The position numbers were made by a program, and so were the translations under genes. Below, piece after piece: positions 46,626 to 58,948 of a stretch of DNA of 64,000 nucleotides (position 1 is its first letter; each line of letters opens with the position of its first letter). The notes under the pieces are model-generated. The model made no database searches and was not told the DNA's origin. It saw nothing but the letters and a program-made list of their open reading frames with translations. The stretch is from Vitrella brassicaformis CCMP3155 (Eukaryota > Protista > Chromerida): the NCBI GenBank assembly GCA_001179505.1, contig CDMY01001064.1:1-64000 (forward strand). The letters are read 5' to 3'.

Positions 46626-49600
46626 ATGAGCGGCGGTGGGGTGACAGGGGTTCCCTCTCCCCTGTCCGACAGCCAGCTGCTCGAGATATCAGGAACAGCC
46701 TTCCGCAGTGTGTGCGTCGGCGACTGCGTCGACAGGGAGCGCAACAGGCGAGCACTCAGCTTCGTCTTCGAGCGCATCCCTTTCGTGCCCAGACCCGGTG
46801 ACAGGTGTGTTTGTTGTAGGGAGAGAGGGAAGGAGGGAGGGAGATGCCAAGCACACACAATGAGCGACGCTTGACGTGTGGCTGTGATCTCATTCTTGCG
46901 TCGTCCGTATGCCGGCGGGTGTGTGGCAGGTGGTACGAGAGCGTGTTCCAGAACTATGACACCGAGCAGCGCGGACACATCACGTTCAACTCCTTCTTCG
47001 ATATCATCAAACAGGTGTGTGGTTGATGACTGACACACAGCCAGCAACACACCGCCATGCAGCTTGCGGTCGGTCGGTGTCTGTGTCTTTGTGTGATCAG
47101 TATCACGACTTCCACTACAACAAACTCCTACGGACGTACCAGTCCCGCCAGCACCAGCATCAGCATCAGCACCAGCATGCCTCCCGTCAGCACAGCCAGC
47201 CGCGCCGCTCTCCCACCCCGCCGACGGACTGTTCGTCCATCCCCACAACCCCCAACCTCCCTCCCCCTCCCTATGACCAGGATCACCCCCACCACCAGCA
47301 GCAGCAGCAGCACCAGCAGCCAGAGAGCGACAGCACGAGCCCCTCGACCAGCGCGGCGGCAGCTGATCCGCTAGCAGAGGATGAGAAGCCGCCGGGCGAT
47401 CCGTCGGTGGAGAACGGTCATGTTGGTGAGGCCGGTGTCATGGTGAATGGCGACCCACGGCTGCCCGGTGCCGTCCCGTCGTACCCCGCGACTCCGCTCA
47501 TGCCGCCAGGGCCCATACAATACCACCCTGTGGTGAGTCACTCACACACGAGAAGATAAAGGCCCAAAGGGATCGTTCGTCATTGTCTCTCTGTGCGTCC
47601 CCTTCATCCACGCAGGCGCCTTACGCGTGCACGACATTTCACCCGTATGCCTACGACCCCCACCAGCAGCAACAGCAGCAGCAGTACCAGGCACCATACA
47701 TCGACCCTCGGCTGTACGGCGCCTATGCGCAGATGGGCGTGCGTGACGCGGCAGGGGTGTGGCACGAGCACCGTCGGCCGGCGACGACCAACCGGCTGCT
47801 GACGCCTGAGCAGGAGAGGGAGAGGGCGGAGAGGCGCGCCAACTCTCTGGACCAGCGGAATGGGGCACGGCCCGACACCGCACCGCTGAGGGTATGCAAG
47901 CAGACACATGTACGAGGGCTGAGAGGTCACTGCACGCTCTCTCTCTCTCTGTCTCTGTGTGTGTGTGTGTGTGTGGTTCAGATCAAGGAGCATTTACTGT
48001 ATCCGGACTATGACGACAAGGGCAGGAAGCAGCTTGACAAGGTGTGTACGCAGACAGACAGACAGACACACTCCTTCTCTCCCCACCGGTCTGTCTGTCT
48101 GTGTGCCATGCAGCACTACGAGTTCTTCCGCACGGGCAACCAGCTGGGCAAGGGCAGCTTCGGCAGCGTGGAGGTGGTGCGGCACCGGGCCACTGGCAGA
48201 TGGCGCGCATGCAAAACCATCGCTATCGGCGCGCCGGAGGAGTTTGAGCTGGTCAAGACAGAGATCGAGCTCCTCAAGAAACTCGACCATCCAAACATCA
48301 TGCGGGTACGATCTACATATAAGGACACATTCACGGGATCGGCGGGCCACATGGAGGGATGGGTATTGGTGTGTGTGTGCAGATGTACGAGACGTATCAC
48401 GTGGGCTGCACGGTGTTTCTGATTATCGAGTTGTGTGAGGGGGGTCCGCTGTTCGACAAGATCGTCGAGTACCACCAGCACAAGCGCCAGTTCATCACTG
48501 AGCAGCAGGTCCAGCAGTGGATGAGACAGGTGAGGGCAAAAGGAAGAGGACGGAGGGGAGGGGGGACGAGCACCCAGTGCAGGAATGCATGTGATGATTG
48601 TGGTGTGTCTGCAGATCCTGAGTGCAACGTCGTATTGCCATCAGCGGCGCATCTGCCACAGGGACCTCAAGCCCGAAAAGTACACAACAAACACCACACC
48701 ATGGCCACTGACTGCACCTCCCCGTGTGTGTGTGTATGTGCAGCATACTCTTCCGCACCAAGGACGAGAACAGCGACCTGAAGGTCATCGACTTCGGCCT
48801 GTCGAGCACCCTGTCCAGGATCCAGATGTCAGCCAAGGAGGTCAAGGAAGTCAGAAAGGGCACACTCGGCACTCTCGCCAGACTCGTAAATACGACTCAC
48901 TCACTACTCACCCACCTCACCACCAAACGAGACAACCTGTGCACTCATGTGGCTGTTTCTTTGTGTGTGTGCGTCGGTCGGTCGGTCAGCTGCCGACGTT
49001 GCCTAGCGGCAAGCATCTGATCCCGTGGCACGTGCGTCGCGTCAAGATGCAGCGTGCGGGGACCCCCCACTACATGTCCCCAGAGATGATCCGCGGCCAG
49101 TACGACGAGAAATGCGACTGCTTCAGCATCGGCATCATCTTCTACCAGGTCAGTCAGTCAGCCCAGTCAGCTTAGCCGCACACCGCACCAGCCAGGCTAT
49201 GCCATGCCCCAACACGTGACTGACGTGTTTGGTGTGTTGGGTTGGGCGTGGCGTGCAGTTGTTATCGGGGAAGCATCCGTTTTACAACCCCGGCATCGAC
49301 AACGAGGAGACGGTCAAGGCGCGGATACTCAACGAGGAGCCACTCATGACGCCCGACGCACTCGGAAGCGTGTCGCTGCAGGCCAAGGACCTACTCAGTA
49401 AACCACCGGACGCACCCACATGCGTGATTGATTGCAACACTCACTCATGTGTGCATTCGTGCTGTGCTGTGCTGTGCCATGCTATGCCATGCAGAGCGTC
49501 TGCTGGACAAGAACCATCGGCGGCGCATCTCTGCCTGCCAGGCCCTCTCCCACGACTGGTCAGTCCACACACCACACCACACCACGACACACATTCCCTC

Positions 49601-50471
49601 TCTCACTGCACTGCGTGTGCGTCACTCCCCCTGTCCGTCCGTCCGTCCGTCCGTCCGTCCGTCGTCTATCTGTCTGTCTGTCTGCCCCTGCCTGCCAGGT
49701 TTCGTCTGAGCGCCAACCACGTGCATCTGTCCAAGCTGACCCCATCGGTGTTTGAGGGTCTGCGCGACTACCAGCACCACAACAAGATCAAGCAGGCTGT
49801 CCTCAACTACCTGGCCAAGGAGCTCGACGAGCGGGTCATCGAGGACCTGCGCAAGAAGTTCAAGGCCCTCGACAAGGGCGGGGACGGCACCATCTCCCTC
49901 GAGGACGTCAAGACCGGCATGCGGCTCGTGGGCTACCCCCTGCCGCCCAGCAGCGAGCTCTCGCGCATCTTCGAGTCGTTCGACCCCACCGGCAGCAACC
50001 GCATCGGATACAACGACTTCCTCAGCGCACTCCTCGCAAAGAGGTGAGGGGAACCCGACAAACGGACGGCAGACAAGAGGCAAATGAGAGGCTGATGGTG
50101 TGGTACGGTGTGGTGTGGTGTGGTGCGCTGTGTGTCATGTGGTCTGTCTCCCAGGATCAAGTATGAGGACGCGGTGAGGGAGCAGCAGCTGCGCGCGGCG
50201 TTTGAGCGGTTGGACGTGCACAAGGAGGGCCGCATCTCGGCTGCAGCGCTGCGCGAGGCGCTGACGTCCAAAGGGATGGGCTCACACCTGACCGAGGAGC
50301 AAGTGCAGCAGTGCATCGACGAAATCGACAAAAACAGAGACGGGTCAGTCAGCCCGCAGTGGCGACACAGATAGTGGAAGGATGGATGGAATCACTGTGT
50401 GTGTGTGGTGGTTATGATGCAGGTACATCGATTGGGACGAGTTCTATGCCTGCATGCTGACGTATCTGTAA
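46626..50471 (+). CDS. Calcium-dependent protein kinase with an extra N-terminal EF-hand (CDPK6-like architecture), spliced
   Basis: N-terminal FQNYDTEQRGHITFNSF; kinase motifs LGKGSFG, ACK, HRDLKPEN, DFG and GTPHYMSPE; junction KIKQAVLNYLAK; four C-terminal EF-hands (DKGGDGTIS, DPTGSNRIG, DVHKEGRIS, DKNRDGYID). Confidence 0.95.
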
Positions 50472-51094
50472 CTAGTCAAGGGGCAGGCAGGCAGGCCGAT
50501 AGTCAGACATGATGGCATGCATGGCATGGCATGCGGGGTGTCTGCTGGTCCTTCCCTTCTTGTCTCGCAGGCCATCACTCCGTCCACTGAGACCGAGTGA
50601 TGGACTTGCCGACTGACTGAGTGGGGTCGGAAGACGTGGCGCCTCGCCTGTGCGTGTTGACACATTGAAGGGCTGGAGAGGGGTCGGGAGGACGACCGCC
50701 AGATGGATGGATGGAGGTAGCTCGCGTGTGGCTATGTGGCTTGTACAGTCGACTGCTTCATTGATGTGTGGCTGCATGCGATGCCATGCGATGGGAGCAG
50801 CGCAGCGCAGCGGCCGGTGCGGTGTAGTGTTGGTCAATGATGGATGCCCGATGACCAGATAGCATAGCAGACAGAGGTCGAATGACATACATCGACACAT
50901 ATATTATATACCCCTACCTCTTTTCACGTGTCTAGTTTTCCTTCCTGCCTGCCTGCCTGCCTGCCTGTGGGGCGCCGGCAACTTTTCTCTCACCGAGTGC
51001 CGGCTTTTTGCTCGCCCGTCTCCACGACCCTCCATCCACCCACCTCTCTACCACTCAGGTCTTTTCGTACTGGGGGGGGGGGGGGGGGGGGGGG

Positions 51095-51394
51095 NNNNNN
51101 NNNNNNNNNNNNNNNNNNNNNNNNNNNNNNNNNNNNNNNNNNNNNNNNNNNNNNNNNNNNNNNNNNNNNNNNNNNNNNNNNNNNNNNNNNNNNNNNNNNN
51201 NNNNNNNNNNNNNNNNNNNNNNNNNNNNNNNNNNNNNNNNNNNNNNNNNNNNNNNNNNNNNNNNNNNNNNNNNNNNNNNNNNNNNNNNNNNNNNNNNNNN
51301 NNNNNNNNNNNNNNNNNNNNNNNNNNNNNNNNNNNNNNNNNNNNNNNNNNNNNNNNNNNNNNNNNNNNNNNNNNNNNNNNNNNNNNNNNNNNNN
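51095..51394. other. Assembly gap (300 N) flanked by poly-G runs
   Basis: An N run with 20 or more G on each side. Confidence 0.99.
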
Positions 51395-52011
51395 GGGGGG
51401 GGGGGGGGGGGGGGTGGGCTACTGGGCGGGAGTATTTGTTGTTTTGTCTACCTCTCTCTCCGTGTCTGTGGCGACCTATCTATCTCTTTATCCATCCATA
51501 CATCCACCCACGGCCGCCCGCGACGTATACACGGTTCGTTCTGTTTTTGTTCAAGCAAGGCAGACAGCAAGGATGGAAGGAAGGAAGGCTTTATGGTGTG
51601 CGGTCCGGTGCGTACGTCCCTCCCTCCCTCCCTCCCTCCCTCTCTCTTTCCCTCCCTCGCTCCGTCGGCGCATGCATGCGCATGCATGTATTGGTGCATG
51701 TGATGTGTGTACCCTGACCTACCATAATTCTACTCTATCCGATGTTGCCATCCATCCCTTCCCTTTCATGAAGACGACAAGACATACGTGTGTGTGTGTA
51801 CGTGAGTGACTTCTCGTCCACACAGACAGACAGACAGACAGACATGTTCGTTCCTTCATGACAGGTTGGTTGCAGAATAAGTAAGGTTCCCTGCAGCCAC
51901 TCACTATACAGAACACGCACCGGACGCAGCACATGTCTGTTTCCATCCAGACGCGGCGCAAACACAGGACACACACACAAGACACATGGCATGGAGCAGT
52001 CGCCGAACGGT

Positions 52012-53573
52012 TCACAGAGTCAGCACGATCTTGCCCGCATTGAGATTGCTTTCCATCCTCATGTGTGCCTCCTGCACATGCTCTAGCGGCAGCGTGCTGT
52101 CGTGCACCACCTACCTCCACACACACCATCCACGCCAAGCAAGGAGTCAATGAGTGAGTCAGTGTACTCTACTTGTCCGTCCCCCCTGTCAGGTGCCGAC
52201 TGACTGACCTGGAGAGCTTCGCTGCTCAGATGCGGCAGTATCTCGTTCCGAAACCGCGCCACAAGCCGAGAGCGGTACGCCAGGTCGCGGGAGCGCAGCG
52301 TTGTGGCCGTCAGCTGCACCTGCACAGACAGAATCAAATACCAGCAGCAGCATCTAGCGTCATGTGTGATGTGTGGCGTATCGGGATCTCTCAGCCATGT
52401 GTCTCACGTGTGTGCGTAGAGTAGCCTACCCTACCCTCTTAGCGAGTAGCGTGGCGAGGTTTGCTTCAGGCACCTTTGGCCCCCCCATGAGGCCATACAG
52501 GACCCACCTGGCGTCCCTCGCACACGCCTTGGCGTTCTCGTCGAAGTAGGAGGCACCGATGCAGTCCAGGATGATGTCACAGCCCCTGACGAGAAGGAAG
52601 AGGATGCGTTAAGCAGGACTCTCTCTCTGTACGTATGTATGTGTGCATGCCGATCCCCCCACCCACCTGTTGTCTGTCATCTGCATGACTTGGTCCGAGA
52701 AGCGGCCCTCACAAGCCTTGTAGTTGATCAACCCAGTCGCCCCTGACAGACAAAGACGCAATCGACCAAGGCCTGCCTGCACTTTAGCTGTGGTGTCGTG
52801 CTCATGGGCCTGGCTTACCCTACCTACCCATCCTCTTGCAGAGGTCCAGCTTCTCCTCCTTGGACACAGTAGCGATGACAGACGAAGCGCCGCCCAATCT
52901 GGCCAACTGGATGGCCGCCGTGCCCACCCCAGACGCACCCGCATGGACCAACACGGAATCGCCTTCACCAAGGTCTGCACACACATACAGCAGCACCACA
53001 GGCAGTTGTTCACAGGGTCCGCTGTGCAGTGTTTAGTGGTCAGCACCTGCAGTACTGACTTGCAATCACGTGCAGGTGCTGGAAGGCCGTCAGCCATACT
53101 TCCGGCACACAGGCAGCCTTGACATAGTCCCAGCCATTGGGAATGGGCATGACGGTCGTATGGGGCACAGCGGCAAACTCCGCATAGCCTCCCCCCTGCA
53201 ACAGGGCCATGACCCGGTCGTTGACATTGAATGTAGTGACGTCATCCGCCTTGTCGACCACGACGCCAGCCGCCTCCAGACCCAAGATCTCGCTCTCGCC
53301 CTTGGGCACTGGGTATCTGCCTGATGATTACATGACGGGCGCATGGGACAAACGCACAGAGCAGACGAAGGGCATTCACGATTGGGCGCAAAGGATGAGT
53401 GCGTGGTGAGCTCACTGACCTTGTCGCTGCAGCGTGTCAGCTCTGTTGACTGCTGTGGCCTTGACCGCCATCAAGATCTCTCCAGCCTTGAGCACAGGCT
53501 TCGGCGCCTCGCCGATGAACAACTGCTCCACACCACCGAAGGATTTTTGCAGGACAGCCCTCATCTTTGCCAT
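52012..53573 (-). CDS. NAD(P)H:quinone oxidoreductase, PIG3/zeta-crystallin (MDR) family, spliced
   Basis: VKATAVNRADTLQRQ|GRYPVPKGESEILGLEAAG, GGGYAEF, PEVWLTAFQ, VLVHAGASGVGTAAIQL, DIILDCIG, WVLYGLMGG and AH.RMESNLNAGKIVL*. Confidence 0.95.
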
Positions 53574-53825
53574 TGATGGCCTCCTTGGTTGGTTGGTTAT
53601 TGTGCCTCCTTGGCAACAACCCGGGACAATTCGCGGGATCGTGGAGGGCCACTGGCTGCATGCGATCTCAGCACCTTCTCAACCGCTGGATTGGTGTTCG
53701 TGGAGCTGTATCTTGGCAAGTCAGGTACGAGAGCAAAAGACGTCGGTCACTTGAAAGGCCTTGCATCACCATTTCCTTGTGCTTGCCATTGCAGATCTCC
53801 CATTGTCCTGCTGTGCGTCGGCGCG

Positions 53826-54583
53826 ATGACGACTCCGGTGCGGCTGAATGTGGGCGGGACTGAGTTCCAGGTGGCGAAATCGACACTCGCACGGCACCCA
53901 CAGACGCTGCTGGGGCAGTTCGTGACCAACGAGTCGACTGCCGAGTATCAGCTCATCCAGCAGGGCCAGCCGGTCTTCATCGACGCCGACCCTTCGCTCT
54001 TCCCCTATGTGCTGCGGTTCTACCGCCACGGCACGCCCATCCTTGTGGACAAGTCAGTGGACGCCCGGCAGCTGCAGCAGGAGCTGGGATTCTTCGGCAT
54101 CTCGCTGGCCATGCTACACCTGCAGCTGCCCCCCGAGCCGGAGAAGCCTCCTGAGCCGGTCAAGAAGCCTCACAAGCTGGACGTCTATCAGCGGCTGGCC
54201 AAGGTGCTGAAAGCATGCAGAGTCCCTTGCCTTGTGTGCGAATGGGGTGTGCAAATGGGGTGTGTGTGTGTGGTGGCATTGTGAAGGTATTCGCGCAGAT
54301 GCTGCTGCGGCGCGATTTCGACGAGATATTCCCTGACCACCCTCCCTATGAAGAGACGTGCTACAGTACTGTGCTTGGTGAGGCCATTGCCGAGGTGGAC
54401 GATGCCAAGGAGTATCGGCAGCAGCTAGATGATGACGTCCGCTACCCCGAGCGTCAGCTGCTTTTGGTCATGGTTGAGGAGGAGCTCAGGAAGATGATCC
54501 CGACGCGACACGTGGAGCTCAAGGCATGGTGGCAGGACATGCCCGGTGAAGTCGAGCTCAGGGTAAAAGTAGAGAGGCCCTGA
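53826..54583 (+). CDS. BTB/POZ (KCTD tetramerisation-type) domain protein, 2 exons
   Basis: VRLNVGGTEF...STL..HPQTLLG...VFIDADPSLFPYVLRFYR.G...L..EL.FFGI. Confidence 0.9.
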
Positions 54584-56014
54584 CTGACCGAGATGACCTG
54601 CCTCTTTTTTCTGTACCGCCACTCGCTGAATCTGATGTCTGTGAAGGGCAGTCAGTGGTGCGTTTCACCTGACCGGTTCGTGAAAGCGTGTTAGGTACTG
54701 GTACTGAGCCTTTATTGTCACATGAATCCGACCGACACACACTCATACATATGGTCTCCATGTGAAGTCTCCCTGCGCGGTCAGTCGTGGCCATCCATAC
54801 AGACATACAGACAGACAGACACGGGAAAAGTGTCTCTAGCTAGTGAATGAAGTCTTCGTCCCCCCATCACCACACACACACACACACACACATCCACACA
54901 CACACGCGCGATTAATTCACCATCCATCCATTCATCCAGTCCGTCGGTCAGTCAGTCCGTCAGTCAGTTGAAAACCTACCTACCCGACCGACGAAGCCAT
55001 CCACTCCAGGAATGACCAACAGGGAGGCTCGGCCACCTCACCTGGTCGGTCAATCATTCACACACATCACATCACATCATATGGCCTGTGGCTGTACACA
55101 CATAAGGCAGGCGCACACATCGAGGGATGGGTGGGTGTGAGGGAGGAGGAAGGTCGGCAGGCAGGCAGGCAGGCAGGCAGGCAAGCAGGCAGGGCAGGGA
55201 AGTAAGAAGGAATGCCACGCCAAAAGGGAGTGAGTCGCCAAGCTGCACTCGTGTAACTGAGCGGTAAGCGTTTAGCGCTCTCTCTCTCTCTATACTCGTT
55301 GGTTCGAAAAGGCGTCTCTCTCTCTCTTCCTTCCCTTTGTCCGCCGCGGCTCACCATGCAACGGCCATCTCAGCACAAGAGGACCTTACGCTGAGGTGAG
55401 CCTCGCATGGCAGCTCTCCACGGGCAAGAGGGAGGGAGAAAGGGGCACACGACGGCCAGCCACGCAGCACCACAGACACAACTGCACTCACGCACACGGG
55501 CATGGGCGCATCTTTCCCTCCCTTCGTCCCTCAGTTCCTCCCTCCTCCCTTTATCCACCACAGACGAGACGTCTCTTGTCAGTCAGTCACTACAGCTACC
55601 GGCGGCCTGGCCCCTCTCATGGCTGGCATGGCATGGCATAGCAGTACACTCACTCACTCACTCACACAAGCCCACACGCATGCACACATGCCCGCAGCGC
55701 AGCACGATATGTGTGTGTGATAAAAGCAGAGCAAGCAGCCATAGAAGAGGCGGCAGCGACACAGACATGACGTACACACACATGTACTGCAGGTCGGCGA
55801 GTGAGTGAGTGGTGGTGGGGTGGGTGGGGGCTTAATTGCCATCACATCCATCATGTGTGCACACGTGGATCGGATCACATGGGTGCCATCGTCGAGTCGA
55901 TGCGTCTCCAGCCAGCCAGTCATCTGTCTAGCTACGTTGGTGGGTGGGGGAGGGGTGGGATGCTATGCTACAGGCTGCCTGCCTGCCGGCTGGCCAATCA
56001 AGGGCGGGCGGCAA

Positions 56015-58584
56015 TTACTCGTCCTCATCGTCCAAGTCTGACACACACACAGACAGACAGACAGACGGACACGGGATGGATGAATGGATGGGCCACAGGC
56101 ATGCTATGCTGCACCTGTGTGTGTGTGTGTCGTGTGTGTGTCTTACTGTCGAGTCCGTAGACGCGGTATCGTTTGATGGCGCGGGTGGTCTTGAGGGTGT
56201 TCAGAATCGCACTCTTGAAACACTGCAGGCACCAAACAAAGACACATGAATGGCCACACACACGGATAGGATAGGATACAAAGTGGGCGGATGTGTGTGA
56301 TGCCGTGTGTCTGGTGTGTGTGTCGCTGACCTTACCTTCTCCTTGCTCTTCTTGAAGAGGGGCTTTAAGGTCTCGTCAACCTTGAAGTACTGACCCCTGC
56401 AGTATACATGACAGCACACCACGTGTCATGTATGTCAGGTGGACGTTCATTCATCTCACCCCTCCCTCCCTCCCTCCCTTTTCCCTCCCTGCCTGTTCTT
56501 TCGGCTCACTTTTTGGCGAGTGCTTTGCTAAGGTCTGTGTGTTCGCCCTGCCCCTCCTCAGCGGCCATGGCCTTGTCAGCCTCCCCCTCGGCGGCCTCCC
56601 CAGCCGTCCCGGAGCTGCCGCCGCCCTTCTTCTTCTCGGTCGGGATCAGCAGGTTGTTATCCGTCACATACTCGAGGATCTTGTCAACTATCTGCACACA
56701 CACACACACACACACACAGCGACACAGTGATGTCAAGATTGTGTGTGTGTGTGTGTTGACCTCCTGCTCGGTGAAGCGTGCGGTTTTGTCGGGCGACATG
56801 AAGTTCTGCAACGCGTCTGACAGATAGTTCATCATCCGACCTGCACACATACACACATGCCATCGCACGCCATGCCATGCCACACACACACAAGGGCTCC
56901 TGTGTCCATCCATTCCCCTCCCTCACCCCAATCCCATGTGTGTGCGCCTCCCTCCCTCCCTCCCTCCGTGTCCGTCCAATAGCCTCATGGCCTGCCTACC
57001 TCGTCCCTGGTACATGGAGTTGTCCTTCTTGGATTTGCCCTTGCTGCTCTTATTGCGACTCGAACCACTGGCGTATCGACTCGAACCCAACTACACACAG
57101 ATACACAGCAGAGAAAGAAAAAGTAAAGAAGGAAGGTACGAAACACCACACCCACACACGGCACCGTACCGCACCGCCCCCAGCCGCGTACCTTACGGCG
57201 CTTCCCACCCTCCCCATCATCCTCCTGCACAGCACACACAACGTGGACAAAGCAGATGGATGACACACATGGACACGACACATGCCATGCATGCCATGCC
57301 CCCCGCCCCGCCCCGCTCCTGACACCGACGCACTCCACTGCACTGCACTGACCACTGACCTCTTCCTCTTCCTCGTCTTCGGCGTCGGCCTTGGCCTTGG
57401 CTCGTTTTTTCTTTTGAGTCCTTTTGCCGCCGGCCTTGCCGCCGCTTTTCTTCTTGGGCTGGTCCTCGTCGCCCTCCATCTCATCGTCCTCGGGCTCGTC
57501 CTCCGCCTTCTCGTTGTCCGTCTCACCGCGACCGCGATTCTTCTTGCCTGACAGACAGACAGACAGACAGACAGACAGATAGACAGACAGATGATTGGAT
57601 GGATGTCGAGGGATGGGTGGCAGCTTAGCTACGAGTGTGCTACTCTACCCACCTTTGCCGCCCTTGGGTCGTGACTTGCCGTTGGGTTTCTTGGCCCCCT
57701 CGTCCTTGGAGGTCTCGTCGTTGGCACCGCCGTCCTCTTGGTCGCTGAATGAATGATCCAACCAACGATGGACGGACGGACACCACGCACACACACACAT
57801 CTGTGCTGTGCGCAGGGTGTCACAAGCCATGGCATGCGTCACTCACGCACTCGTTTTCGTCGTCGTCTTCAGCCATTTCCTCGAGGACGCGGTCGACGGT
57901 GGTCTTGATCCAGGCCTTCTTGGCCGTCATGTCCACGTGGAAGAAATCGCCCAACTGCTCACTGGCCGTCCACACACCACACCACACCACACACAAACAC
58001 ATTAACACAAAACGGTGACCGACCTCTGTCTGCGATTCGGTACTACGGGATAGCGGTTGCGCACCAACCGTATTTTCTTGATGCTGAGTTGCTCGAGTGA
58101 GGTGCCCTTCATGATCTCGCGAATCTTGTCAGCTATGGTGTCGTCAGAGGGCATCTCGCCAGTGCCTAAACCACACCACGTACGGAGCGGAGAGCGGCGC
58201 ATCTTTCACAAATCTCCCTTCGGCGGCCATCCCCCTTCCATCCCCCCCACCGTTCACAGCACCATTGACAGCCGCCGCACCTGAGAAACGCACAGCGAAT
58301 GTCATCACTGGCCGAATAAAAGGCGAGCATCGCTTCCTCTGACCTGGCGCGCCCTCTGCGGCGGGTTCGGCTGGTGCGGCCTCGCCGTTGCTCTGCACGT
58401 TGGGCTGCTCCTCCCGCTTGACTGCATGACACACACGAGACACAAACCGCACACAGCGACGCACCAGGGACGCGATGAAAGGCATCGCACGCCAAAGGGG
58501 CAGATGCGTGCAGCCCTGTCCGTGTGAGTGAGATGGTGACAAGTTCGGGATGGGTTCGGTCTCACCTTCGGCAGAGGCCTCCAT
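56015..58584 (-). CDS. DEK-C + SWIB/MDM2 domain protein (UAF30/spp27-like), spliced
   Basis: DEK-C: PSDDTIADKIREIMKGTSLEQLSIKKIR|EQLGDFFHVDMTAKKAWIKTTVD. SWIB: LSDALQNFM...EIVDKILEYVTDNNL...FKVDETLKPLF. Joined by an acidic/basic linker. Confidence 0.8.
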
Positions 58585-58948
58585 GGCGCCGGTATGAGAT
58601 AGATGCCGCTGGGCTACTTGGGTCGGCAGGAAGCGATAAGTAAAAGGATAAAAATCTACACCTCCCCAAAACACGTCTTTCTCCCCCCGTCAAGAGAGAG
58701 AGCAGTTTTACGGAATATCCTAGGCGACCTGACGGCCAAGTCCCATGTCTTTCACCACAATCAAACGAACGACAGCAACAGGAGTCACCCACGCACGCTC
58801 CACATCAACCACTGCGAGCTTAAGGGGATTTTTCCTTTGCAGAACGGGTGTTTGGACATCGTCTGTGGTGCGCATGACTGTCCATTGCAAAGATCTAGGG
58901 AGTCAGACGGAATGGACAACACGACAGCCACCCGCCTCTGCATACGTG

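Noticed and set aside
51072-51414. Poly-G tracts as a G-quadruplex element
   Set aside because: The true length and content are hidden by the gap, and poly-G ends are a common sequencing artefact.
50928-51809. ORFs spanning the N run
   Set aside because: Artefacts of translating the assembly gap.
41477-53573. Adding the sulfotransferase and quinone reductase to the IDO cluster
   Set aside because: They are separated from it by several unrelated genes over 10-20 kb, and nothing in the sequence links them.
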